IMG/VR virus record: IMGVR_UViG_3300028591_000018
Source of the DNA: an uncultured virus (IMG/VR IMGVR_UViG_3300028591_000018)
Lineage: Duplodnaviria; Heunggongvirae; Uroviricota; Caudoviricetes
Length of the DNA stretch: 64,000 nucleotides
Reading direction: 5' to 3' (one strand)
Shown here: positions 19,189 to 28,596 of the stretch, piece after piece
How the letters are laid out: each line of letters begins with the position of its first letter
Position numbering within the stretch: the stretch's first letter is position 1
Translations under genes and position numbers: made by a program
The notes under the pieces: generated by a model
Seen by the model: only the letters and a program-made list of their open reading frames with translations
What the model was told of the DNA's origin: nothing
The model's database searches: none

Positions 19189-21987
19189 CTAAATATTGCC
19201 GTTCTTCTGTTCTCTAACGTAATAAAGGACAGTAGAAACCGGAATATTCAAAGATTCTGCGATCTCGGCATTAGAATAACCGGAACGGCGCAGAGAAAAT
19301 AATCTCGTGATTTTTGTATTGCTGAGCCCTTTTTCGGACCGTGGCGTAGCATACTCACGGACGGTATTCGTATCAGTAGCATCTAATATTTGCTTCAGCA
19401 GCGAATCAGATATTGCGCCGGCCTGAATAGCGGTCCACTCTTTCGGCGTAATATTAATCTTATAGCGCTGGGCACCTACTTCAAGCCGTGCAGCAGTCAG
19501 AAATTGCTGAGCGTACTTTCCGCTCTGCTTCTTGTCATCCCGAAGCTCCGGGTTCTCTTTGTAAAGTGCCTGCATGCGCACATTGGCACGGCGCTGGGCT
19601 TCACGTTCACGGGGGGCATTCAATCTCGAGCTGCGCAATTTTTCTTTAAGTGAATCCACTTCATTCTTAAAAACTTTCGCGGCAGACGGACTGTACTCCA
19701 GGTTCGGTGTATTGTACTTGTACTCTTTGCGAGCCTGATTGGCAAGCGCCTTGAGCTGTGATGCGTAACGGGCATAGAGCAACTCGGTCGGGTTCTGCTT
19801 TTCAGAGACAAGTTCATAAGGATCATCGATCTCGAGCATGCGGAAGCTCTCCTGAGTGCGGGTCTTCTCTCGGCCCTTCTCATCAATATAGTGGGCATCA
19901 AAGGCTTCTTTCCAAACCTTCTTGCCTGTCTCCTCATCAACATCAAATTCTCCGCGCCGCTTGGCAACACGTTCAGGGCTCTTGGCACGGGTCACGATAG
20001 TACCGGATCCATAAACCCAGCGACCATCCTCATTGTAGTGGCCCTGATATTTGTCCTTAAGCTCCTGGATCTTGTTCTCTTCTTCAGACAGCTTGTAGTC
20101 AAGCTTGTGCTTCTTGGCGTCAATGACAACCATTGAATGCTTCACTGCACGGGCAACCTCATCATCCGGAGCACCGGCAAGGGTCATGTCCATAATAAGA
20201 TTCGTGATCTTGCCCATCTCCATGTCTGTACGCTGCATGTACTTCATACCGGGCCGTTCAGGATATGAGACTTCAGGATCGAACCCTTCAAGCTCTTTCA
20301 AATATTGTCGATGAGAGACCTGCACTTTAGAGGATAATGGAATGACCATGACTGTGTCACCATCAAAATCAGCGCCGGACAGCTGCTTGGCTGTCTCTGC
20401 ATTAATACCGACTGCATCGGTCGGATTTTTAGTCAGCATAGAAATTCCTTCACGGTTCTTGTTGTTCACCGTAAGGACCGGGATCTCAAAAATTCCTCCA
20501 TGAGGGTAACGGACAAGCGCAACCTTCTCGCCATCCTTAAAGTTAGGAGCATAAATTTGGTCGTTCTTCATGCTCTTGATTGGAATAATGACCTGATAGC
20601 GCTGACGCGGAAGAGCTGCCGCATCCAGATGAACTGCAGTCGAGTCACAGTCTTCAGCAAAGGTTTCTAATAATCGGCGCTTGACGGTCGGATTTGTTAA
20701 ATTACAAATATCCTCGTACTCGGCCATCTTGTCTGCAATTGACAAATCAAGCTGATTTTTTACCAGCTTAATATTCTGCTTGGACAAAAATTGGGAAGGC
20801 AAAGATTTTGACCAGTCATTCCAGTCCCCTTCATCAGCACGTTTATTAATAAGCGATAATTTCCGTTCACCGGTCTTTGAGTCAATATAGTGGCTCTGGC
20901 CTTTTGCAGAAATATAGGAACCGAAGGGATTCATCGGATCATCAGTCTTAATATCCTTAAACGGGTCTTCGCCTTTCTCACGAGATTTTCGGGAATTGTA
21001 AATAATGTCATACCCATCCGGAATATCGTCGGAATATACTGCCATCCCTTTCATATATTTCTTTCCGTCCACTAAAATTCGGACTTGAGAATATCGGGAA
21101 CCGCCAAGTGATAAATCCTCCACACCGGGGCGAATTTGAATAAGGCCGTCACGCTGGTCACCGCCGTCTTCAATATATTTGACTAAAATACGTTTGCTGT
21201 CCATAGAAGCAGGATATTCAAATTTGTCAAATTTTTCTCCGCTTCCATCCTGAGAAGCATATTCAAATAATGGATTAATTTCTCCATACTGATATGCCTG
21301 ATTCTTCGGGGATCCGGGAGGACATAAAACCTTCAATGTCGTCCGCTGCCCATGTTCATTTGTAACCTGAGGCATGGAACCTACACGAACTTCATATCCT
21401 TCTTTCTTTAAAATATCGACAGCCTGTGTAAGCTTCTCTTTGGAAATATTCAATTCCCGATTTACTTCCGCGCCCACGTCGACCGGACCTTTTTCATCAA
21501 CTACTTTTTTCAAAAAATCAGCTGTCTGCTGCGCTTTATTCGCACGGCGCTGACGCTGCTTGTCAATAATTGAACGAAATGTTGATTCCGGAATACCCAT
21601 ACGCCGAGCTGCCTCGGTTTGAGATACTCCGTCTTTAATTAATTGGTTGGCCCATTGAATTCTGTATGCAGAAATATCGTTGTTTGATCTGCGGATCTCT
21701 GCACGAAGTTCAGATGTAGTAGAATATCCGCACTTCTTCGCGATCTCGATCTCAGAATATCCCTTGCGGCGCATCTTGCGCACACGGTTCAAAAAATCGA
21801 GTTCATGCTGAAAAGGAACTTCACCGGATCCCCAAGGGTATCGCCCTGAGTGTCTCTTTGTTCCGTAATGGGCGAAAAAATCCTTGTCTGCTTCCGGTGC
21901 GGCAACCGAAAGTAAAATATCCTGTGCAATGTCATTGTCAAGATTCATTGCCAGTGTAAACAAAATATTCTTTGCGATGCCGTTCAT
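19189..21987 (-). CDS. Single-chain two-barrel RNA polymerase (YonO/QDE-1-like) with HTH domains
   Basis: GADFDGD (DFDGD at 20356-20370), RYPH, DGLIQI/SQVR/MKG, VVIDAKK; HTH-like segments at both ends. Confidence 0.8.
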   Translation of the reverse strand: MNGIAKNILFTLAMNLDNDIAQDILLSVAAPEADKDFFAHYGTKRHSGRYPWGSGEVPFQHELDFLNRVRKMRRKGYSEIEIAKKCGYSTTSELRAEIRRSNNDISAYRIQWANQLIKDGVSQTEAARRMGIPESTFRSIIDKQRQRRANKAQQTADFLKKVVDEKGPVDVGAEVNRELNISKEKLTQAVDILKKEGYEVRVGSMPQVTNEHGQRTTLKVLCPPGSPKNQAYQYGEINPLFEYASQDGSGEKFDKFEYPASMDSKRILVKYIEDGGDQRDGLIQIRPGVEDLSLGGSRYSQVRILVDGKKYMKGMAVYSDDIPDGYDIIYNSRKSREKGEDPFKDIKTDDPMNPFGSYISAKGQSHYIDSKTGERKLSLINKRADEGDWNDWSKSLPSQFLSKQNIKLVKNQLDLSIADKMAEYEDICNLTNPTVKRRLLETFAEDCDSTAVHLDAAALPRQRYQVIIPIKSMKNDQIYAPNFKDGEKVALVRYPHGGIFEIPVLTVNNKNREGISMLTKNPTDAVGINAETAKQLSGADFDGDTVMVIPLSSKVQVSHRQYLKELEGFDPEVSYPERPGMKYMQRTDMEMGKITNLIMDMTLAGAPDDEVARAVKHSMVVIDAKKHKLDYKLSEEENKIQELKDKYQGHYNEDGRWVYGSGTIVTRAKSPERVAKRRGEFDVDEETGKKVWKEAFDAHYIDEKGREKTRTQESFRMLEIDDPYELVSEKQNPTELLYARYASQLKALANQARKEYKYNTPNLEYSPSAAKVFKNEVDSLKEKLRSSRLNAPREREAQRRANVRMQALYKENPELRDDKKQSGKYAQQFLTAARLEVGAQRYKINITPKEWTAIQAGAISDSLLKQILDATDTNTVREYATPRSEKGLSNTKITRLFSLRRSGYSNAEIAESLNIPVSTVLYYVREQKNGNI

Positions 21988-21993
21988 AAAAAA

Positions 21994-22557
21994 TTATGCC
22001 TCCATTTCCTTCAGCTGGATGTCTCTTAAAATTTTGTCGAAACTCTTGATCTTATCCATGATCTCAGAAATACGATCCGGATCCGGAGTTTCATAAATAA
22101 TCTCGTTGGACTGATAAATTCTCAGCTCAGTTTCAATCTCATGCGGATCAAAGTGATACTCGAGACAAAATAGCGCATTATAAATATGAAGCTGCTCCAT
22201 ATGAGCAGGGATGGTCCCCGTCTTCAGATCATGAATGCGCAATAAATTCTTTCGATAGCTGATCGCATCAGCAGTACCGAAGCAATTCTCTGAAAAATAC
22301 AGGATCTGCTCGGAATGCATCTTATACCCGATCGCATCATTGACAAACATATTTAATGTCAAATTCGACTTGGGCAGCCGCTGATTCAGCTTAATACACT
22401 GTGAAGCAAAATCATGCAGCATGGTTCCGCGTTCCTTTGCAAGATCATTCTGATAGGTTTCAATGAGTTTCTCGGGATCGTAATTGATCCAATGATACTT
22501 GGACGCACCTAAAAATGCGTGCCTACCCTCAAGGTTGGAATGATTGTTGAAGTTCAT
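21994..22557 (-). CDS. PD-(D/E)XK nuclease-like protein (DUF2800/Cas4-like)
   Basis: RGTMLH, FGTADAI, IHDLKTG, QLHIY. Confidence 0.75.
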   Translation of the reverse strand: MNFNNHSNLEGRHAFLGASKYHWINYDPEKLIETYQNDLAKERGTMLHDFASQCIKLNQRLPKSNLTLNMFVNDAIGYKMHSEQILYFSENCFGTADAISYRKNLLRIHDLKTGTIPAHMEQLHIYNALFCLEYHFDPHEIETELRIYQSNEIIYETPDPDRISEIMDKIKSFDKILRDIQLKEMEA

Positions 22558-22819
22558 AAAAAACCTCTTCCTTATTCTCAGGGCATATGAAACGAGAAAA
22601 TGACATGCGGTTCAGCATGTCAACGTAATATTCCTGGTTTGGCTGTTTGTGCTCATGCGCAGACTTTTTAGTTTCAAGCATTGCCCAGTGCTTTCCATAG
22701 AGCACCAAAACATCAGGAATGCCTTGCAAATAGTTCGCATCATTCTTCAAAACAACACAACCCGGAAAGCGCTCTTTCAATTCATCGATCACGCGCTTTT
22801 GAAATATTCTTTCAAGCAT
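22529..22819 (-). CDS. VRR-NUC domain nuclease
   Basis: ERIFQ..GIPDVLVL..LETK..QPNQ; start at MLERIF with GAAAGGA RBS. Confidence 0.85.
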   Translation of the reverse strand: MLERIFQKRVIDELKERFPGCVVLKNDANYLQGIPDVLVLYGKHWAMLETKKSAHEHKQPNQEYYVDMLNRMSFSRFICPENKEEVFYELQQSFQP

Positions 22820-22836
22820 TGTTTGTTTCCTTTCGA

Positions 22837-23000
22837 TTGTCTGAATATTAGAGCTGTCCTGGCCCACCTTCTATTTCCGCCATAGTAAAGGAGAAAAAAT
22901 GTAAAGGAGATTGGCCCATGAAAAATAGAAACCTATGAAGAAAGGGAGGATCTTCATTGGAAAATAGAAAGTGGGATAGGCCGGCCCTAATCTCAGACAA
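22837..23000 (-). ncRNA. Structured leader/ncRNA with anti-SD segments
   Basis: Nested inverted repeats (TTGTCTGA/TCAGACAA, ATTAGGGC/GCTCTAAT, CCCACTTTCTATTT/AAATAGAAGGTGGG) enclosing three CTCC(C)TTT tracts. Confidence 0.55.
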
Positions 23001-23070
23001 AAAAATAAGAGGCCATGTACTGATCATGGCTTCTTAAAAACAAAAGAGAGAAGAAACTATCTTCTTCTCT

Positions 23071-23098
23071 CTATAAAAGGGCATGTTTTTTATGCGAA
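23071..23098 (-). promoter_or_regulatory. Phage promoter motif copy 1
   Basis: TTCGCA-TAAAAAACATGCCC-TTTTAT-A. Confidence 0.7.
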
Positions 23099-23109
23099 GT
23101 CAGAAAATA

Positions 23110-23406
23110 TCAGATTCTGTCCTCGCGTTCATCGAGTTCATGCTGGTGATTCTTATGACAGATCACGCATTCGGGAAAATTCGTACGGCATGAATAACAT
23201 TCAGGGCCATAGGCTTCTACGTACTCGTCAAGAAATTCTTTCCTTGTGATGACTGCTCCGCACTTCGGACAAATATAGCATTCCTTTTGCGGATCCCACA
23301 TCATAAATACTCCGCAGCAATCAGTAAGTACACCTTCACCATCCTGGTCATAAACGTCTTCATAGCGGTCACCAAAAATGGCACCGCAATCCACATCTCT
23401 TATCAA
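23110..23406 (-). CDS. Cys-rich Zn-finger protein
   Basis: CC, CPKC, CYSC and CVIC pairs. Confidence 0.6.
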   Translation of the reverse strand: MIRDVDCGAIFGDRYEDVYDQDGEGVLTDCCGVFMMWDPQKECYICPKCGAVITRKEFLDEYVEAYGPECYSCRTNFPECVICHKNHQHELDEREDRI

Positions 23407-23634
23407 GTTCGGTTTGGCTCCTTTCGAAATATTAATGGTCTATCCATTATACCCGAAAGCAGCTCCCATTAACCAAATAGAAAATATTCGTCCCTACGAC
23501 CTTATCAACCTTATTGATCTTATTGATCTCATTGGTCTTATTGACCTTATAGGTTTTTTCAACCTTCCAAATCGGTTGAAAAATACCCATCTTCAAACCC
23601 CTTAAAATCAGCATGAAAACCCTCCAAAAACCGC

Positions 23635-23915
23635 TTCTGCCCATTTGCCCACTTTTTTTTCTATATTACTATATATATTACATTTTTCATTTTTTAATTT
23701 CATTAATAAAAAAGGTGGGCAAATGGGCAGAAAGCCCTTTTTTGATCAATTTTACGAGTAAATTTGCCAAAAATCTCTGCCCACTTTTGATTTTAAAAGT
23801 GGGCAATTGCCCACTTTTTTTGGGCAGAAAGCAATTTTTTCAACTTCCAAAACCCAAAAACCCAAAATAAAAGTGGGCAGAAGCCCATTTTTGGCCACAA
23901 AAGTGGGCAGAAAAA
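23635..23915. repeat. TGCCCACTTT/AAAGTGGGCA repeat cluster with AT-rich core; probable replication origin
   Basis: About 10 (T)GCCCA / TGGGC(A) units in both orientations; a ~24-bp inverted repeat flanks a ~50-bp AT-rich spacer. Confidence 0.65.
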
Positions 23916-24293
23916 TGGACATAAAATTCGGCACCAAAACCGCTATTTTTTAACCACTTTTTCCACCTTTAAATTGCCTGTTACAACCCCTCTGACAATG
24001 TTAGCACCAAGAATATCGATGCAGTCTTCCCGACCTTTAAATGGACATTTTTCGCAATTGTTCTTATTTTTTTCAAGATTCGTGCAGTTGTTCAAAATAT
24101 CAAGTGTATCATTAGCAGACTTAAATGTTAACATCATCTTGTTTCTCCTTTTCTGTTTCAGAAATATCAATGCCTTCAGCCGGCAGCTCACGCTTTACCT
24201 CAAATACTTCAATGGCTTCTTCTTTAGCCTTCTGTTCATTCAAGGCATCGATGTACACCTGAGCAATATTCTCAACGATCTTTTCAAAAATAT

Positions 24294-24830
24294 TCATGCG
24301 ATCTTATGCCCTTTAACCGTAACACTGCGGTTTATGTTAAGACTTTTCGGAAAACGGTCCTCAAAAACATCCCACTGCTGATAAGGCAGCATCGGCTGAT
24401 CTTCTTCGGAAACACCAGGTTCTTCTTTAAGACTCTCCTTATACTTATTCAAATAATAGCGGGCGTCATTCCCAAAGGTATCACCGCAAATATCATCACT
24501 CTGATACGGGCAGCCCTGGCAGGTCTCGTACGAACGACAGCAATCAAAAGCAGAAATCACCTCTTCAAGCTTCCTGGAGGGTTCTTTGATCTCCATCGGA
24601 TTAATGTAACCGGCCGGTAAAATCGGAACACCGGTGCTTGAGTTACTTAGACCTTCTTTAAAATTCCGATACTCTTTCAAATACTCAATGGCGTCTTTGA
24701 CCATCTGACCGTCGCAGTCATCTTCAAGAGGCTCGTACGGGCAACTCTTACAATGGCTTTTATCCGGATTCAGGCCATAGCAGCATTCCAGACCATAAAT
24801 AACATTACTGATTTGATTCTTCTCCATCAC
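24294..24830 (-). CDS. Hypothetical protein with two Cys-rich repeats
   Basis: CC..CxxCPY..C..DA..YL unit occurs twice. Confidence 0.65.
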   Translation of the reverse strand: MMEKNQISNVIYGLECCYGLNPDKSHCKSCPYEPLEDDCDGQMVKDAIEYLKEYRNFKEGLSNSSTGVPILPAGYINPMEIKEPSRKLEEVISAFDCCRSYETCQGCPYQSDDICGDTFGNDARYYLNKYKESLKEEPGVSEEDQPMLPYQQWDVFEDRFPKSLNINRSVTVKGHKIA

Positions 24831-25585
24831 TAAAATCCTTCTAAAATTTCATAAGCTTCCCAGTTTCTTCCTTTGAATTCCCTGGTTATGATGTAAGTAT
24901 CCTCATCGTCCTCACGCTCAACCAGAAGCACATGCTCATTGTCTACGTGACTGGTACCTAAAATCTTCACCGGCCAGAGATCCATCTTGGTAGGTTTGAT
25001 GGAATAATAGACGATGAGAATATCTTTACCCACCATGGCAGGATCAGTTAGTTTGCCCCACGACAGTGTGTTCCAGTTCATGGTGTTCATAAAACTCCTC
25101 AGGTACTTTCAATTTAAGATCATCCTCAATGAGATTCTTAAGAAATGCGTCACAAATCTCGCGATTATCTTGTCTCGTCAGAATCCACACCCTTTTGAAC
25201 CCATAAGTTTCATCCATAATCGCAGCACCGAAATTAGCCTGAGTCGGTTCCTGTTCGACAATCACACGCATCTCTTCAGTGGCATTACTAATGAAAATAT
25301 CAACGGCTGGATGATAAGCTTCATACTCATCGACCGTAAGATTTTCCAAAACTGCAGGAGAACCATCTCCGGCAAGGGTAAAATACAATTCAATAACGTA
25401 GTACATCTGAACTCCTTTTATTCATACAACATTAGCAAAATTAAGACGACAAGCATTACCACCGGTAAGCTTAAAAGATAGATACCTAAAATGTCGTATT
25501 CATGATCTCTAAAAAATTTGCTGAGACGTTTCATATGTTCTTCTTTTAAAAAATAAATAGCCCTTGTTTAAGGGGCTTTTAATAC

Positions 25586-25765
25586 TTATTCAACAATACC
25601 GACGCTCCAGCGAGCGTCATTAAACCCTAAATTCCTTAGGGTGTTGCATAATTGCCGGGCACGGTATTCTTCACCGAATACCCGACTTTCTACATTATTT
25701 TTTGTGGTCCACGTAACCACGTAGACCTCCTTTATTTCTTTAATAACTACAATTTTCTTTTTCAT
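25586..25765 (-). CDS. 59-aa cassette gene (not in ORF track)
   Basis: MKKKIVVIKEIKEVYVVTW...; AAGGAGG RBS; flanked by a promoter motif and a terminator. Confidence 0.7.
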   Translation of the reverse strand: MKKKIVVIKEIKEVYVVTWTTKNNVESRVFGEEYRARQLCNTLRNLGFNDARWSVGIVE

Positions 25766-25776
25766 AGTTATCCTCC

Positions 25777-25804
25777 TTATTAAAGGAGCTGTAAATTATA
25801 CGAA
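25777..25804 (-). promoter_or_regulatory. Phage promoter motif copy 2
   Basis: TTCGTA-TAATTTACAGCTCC-TTTAAT-AAGGAGG. Confidence 0.7.
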
Positions 25805-26039
25805 AAACAGGCACTAATGCCTGTAATACTCATAACCCTTTTTATCATCATCTTCCTTTTCAACTTCCTCAATAATCTGCCAGATCTTATTCTCCGGCAT
25901 GTCCAGTGTCTCAGCAATCTCGCTGACCAAATATCCTTCATCGAGAAACTTGTAAATCTTAAGAATCAGTTGATCCTTTTGCATAATAAACTCCTATGAT
26001 AAAAAATAAGAAAAAAAATAAAGGGCTTGCGCCCTCTTC

Positions 26040-26354
26040 CTAGCAATTAATGCTAGGGTAATATGCTTCTGCCCATTCCTGGGCCATTTCTTCTGCTTCT
26101 TGCGGGGTTTCCGCAATAACACAGACTAACACATTTCTACTTCCTCCATGTTCATGGAGTTGTAGAATATATACACCTTCATCATCCTCCTCACTGGGAA
26201 TATAATTTCCCTGTGAGGGATTATCCGTTATATATTTATCCCAGGCACGAATTTTGTCCTGGGGCCAAATCTCGGCCTGACCGATAGTCAGACCGTCATC
26301 CCAATTATAAGAGTGGGAATAATTTCCCCACCCATTTATAAAATAAATGTTCAT
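26040..26354 (-). CDS. Acidic cassette gene
   Basis: MNIYFING...; AGGAGG RBS; own promoter and terminator. Confidence 0.75.
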   Translation of the reverse strand: MNIYFINGWGNYSHSYNWDDGLTIGQAEIWPQDKIRAWDKYITDNPSQGNYIPSEEDDEGVYILQLHEHGGSRNVLVCVIAETPQEAEEMAQEWAEAYYPSINC

Positions 26355-26401
26355 TTTTCCTCCTGGAGAGAATAAAATTTCAGACTTTTGTCTATTTCTC
26401 T

Positions 26402-26429
26402 CCATTAGAGGGCTTGTTGATATCGCGAT
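26402..26429 (-). promoter_or_regulatory. Phage promoter motif copy 3
   Basis: ATCGCG-ATATCAACAAGCCC-TCTAAT-G. Confidence 0.7.
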
Positions 26430-26691
26430 CGATCTATAAATCTAATTACTTTGTCCAAGGTCTTCGTTGTTATCCTCGGATTCGGATATGTCTATTAAAG
26501 AACTATGAACTTCTTTTTCTAACCAACATAATCTTCTAATCAATTCCTGAATTTCATCGTGGTCTCTTCCTACTTTAGTTTTCAAATCTTCATAATCTTG
26601 AATACCAGCAATGATCCCCAGAACCGCTAAAGTAGCCAGAATTCCAAACACAAAATATAAGGCGCCCATTAATCACTCCAATCATTCATTT

Positions 26692-27180
26692 CTAACTCAC
26701 AAACCACGGACCGGAAAACGCATCAAAAAACTTTTGCGGTAAAGGCAATCCGGTAAACTCCAGTTTGCTATCTTCCCACAACTGAGTTTTGATCTTCATC
26801 AAAATATCAATAGTTACCCGGCCGATGCCATTCATACAAATCAGGTTGTGTCTCGGTATCCGCATTAACTGAGCAAGGGTTGTAATATTGTTTCTCGCTA
26901 ACACCCCGGCAACACGGGTGGTCTCACGCTTGGAAAAATATTCTGAGAGCTTATCTGCCAGCTCTTGTTGGTATGCGGCTCGTGTTTTGTGAATAATAGT
27001 CTCCTTTGTCTTCATCTCAAGAAGGATCTTCACTTCCGAACGCCACAGTCCTTTTGTCGGAACTGTCTTCTCAACAAAGTCATTAAAGTCCAAAATATCA
27101 TTGTCCGTAAGAACTTTGATAACGTGTTTCGGACGTTTGAATCTTCGGTTTTTTAAAATACAAGTTTGAAGATTGTACAT
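26692..27180 (-). CDS. Protein with RNAP alpha-CTD/HhH-like domain
   Basis: RVAGVLARNNITTLAQL..NLICMNGIGRVTIDIL. Confidence 0.6.
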   Translation of the reverse strand: MYNLQTCILKNRRFKRPKHVIKVLTDNDILDFNDFVEKTVPTKGLWRSEVKILLEMKTKETIIHKTRAAYQQELADKLSEYFSKRETTRVAGVLARNNITTLAQLMRIPRHNLICMNGIGRVTIDILMKIKTQLWEDSKLEFTGLPLPQKFFDAFSGPWFVS

Positions 27181-27799
27181 AGATCCTTTTTTCTCCTTTC
27201 TATCCCAGTATTTTATAGATAAGCATTTTTCCGTCATAAAATCTAATCGTTATAAACGTTGGATAAGACCCAAGAGGATACGAACCATCTGTCATCTTTC
27301 CAATAGGTAATTCAATTGCATGCGACTTTTCGCATTCGGAAGCTTTATCAGATTCATCATATACTCGTCCGCAGATTTCACATTTATATACCGTCTGGTT
27401 GACAAGTTTTTCCATAAATATCAATCTTCCTCTCTATCTTTGTACTGTTCGTGCAAGACTTCGATGAGCTGCTTCGTTAATACAGGATCATAGCTATCTT
27501 TGTATAATCTCTCTATCACATCTTTCTGCCATTTATCTTTGTCCCCGCAATAAAACTTGTAAGGATTATCGCATTCAAAACCCATCACACCGCACAGGAA
27601 ACCAATCGAGATGTAACCTTTATCGCGTAAACGTTCTATGAGTTCTTTAAATTTCTTTTCTAATTTGTCTTCTTCTGATTCATCTTTTTCAAAATGAAAT
27701 TCATATTCATCTTCTTCACGAAGAAATTCATAATAATTAAATGTATACGGCATAATTATTTTCCCCTCTCGTTTTTTTCAAAATTTCGCCATTCCATCT

Positions 27800-28387
27800 T
27801 TAATCCAATATTGTTTTCCATACCACGAATGGGAGTGCATTATCGCTATATAGATCTCTAAGAGCAGTGTTCTTAGCAAGCTTATGAAACCCGTCTAAAC
27901 CGTTTGACGCGATTTCATTTAAAAATATTCGTATGAGCTTCTCGGTATCCGGATGAAAATGCCTGCCGCTTCTAACTTTGTTGTAGTATTCAAGCGGTGA
28001 TGCCTGTGTCCATTTATCTTTGCTGTACACCTTTCCGGCACCTACCCAGTCACATACCATTTCCACGACATATTTGTATGGGATCTTGTTAACTTTCAAT
28101 GACCCGTCTTCCTCATTGAAATCCGTCCAGAATTCCCAATGATGCGGATTGCATCCTTTATGATGCAGCCATGCGAGAGAATATCCGTTTTCAGCCGCGT
28201 CACCGTAATGAGGACTTTTGTCACCACAAAAGTATTTAGCAGACGAGAAGAACTCCGTCTTTCCAAATTTTGACAGGTCATGCGTTATTCCCTGCCATGT
28301 TATCCCGCAAGCCTTACACTCAAGGAATACGTACCATTTATGTTTACAGATAGTTTTGAAAAATTTCCAATATGAATTAAGACTCAT
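27800..28387 (-). CDS. DUF5662-like HD-superfamily protein
   Basis: HKWYV, HDLSKF, WLHHKGCNPHHWE, EMVCDW. Confidence 0.75.
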   Translation of the reverse strand: MSLNSYWKFFKTICKHKWYVFLECKACGITWQGITHDLSKFGKTEFFSSAKYFCGDKSPHYGDAAENGYSLAWLHHKGCNPHHWEFWTDFNEEDGSLKVNKIPYKYVVEMVCDWVGAGKVYSKDKWTQASPLEYYNKVRSGRHFHPDTEKLIRIFLNEIASNGLDGFHKLAKNTALRDLYSDNALPFVVWKTILD

Positions 28388-28596
28388 AAAATCCTTTATC
28401 GATACGGGCTTCAACGATGTAATAATATTCATCATCTGATACAATGTAAGTATCGTCGACGCCATCATATTTATAAGAAATGGAACATTTATCAAGATAA
28501 GCTACAGCTTTTTCTTTTGAAGTAAAAACACCAACAACATTTTCGCAGTCAAGAAGCGCGTTCACACCATAAAGAATATAAACGATAGAGTTCATC

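Noticed and set aside
21994..22557. CRISPR adaptation Cas4
   Set aside because: No Fe-S cysteine cluster and no cas1/cas2; a generic phage PD-(D/E)XK protein.
23635..23915. CRISPR or coding interpretation of the GCCCAC repeats (ORFs 23613-23870, 23752-23937)
   Set aside because: Units are short, in mixed orientation and irregularly spaced; the ORFs are low-complexity with no RBS.
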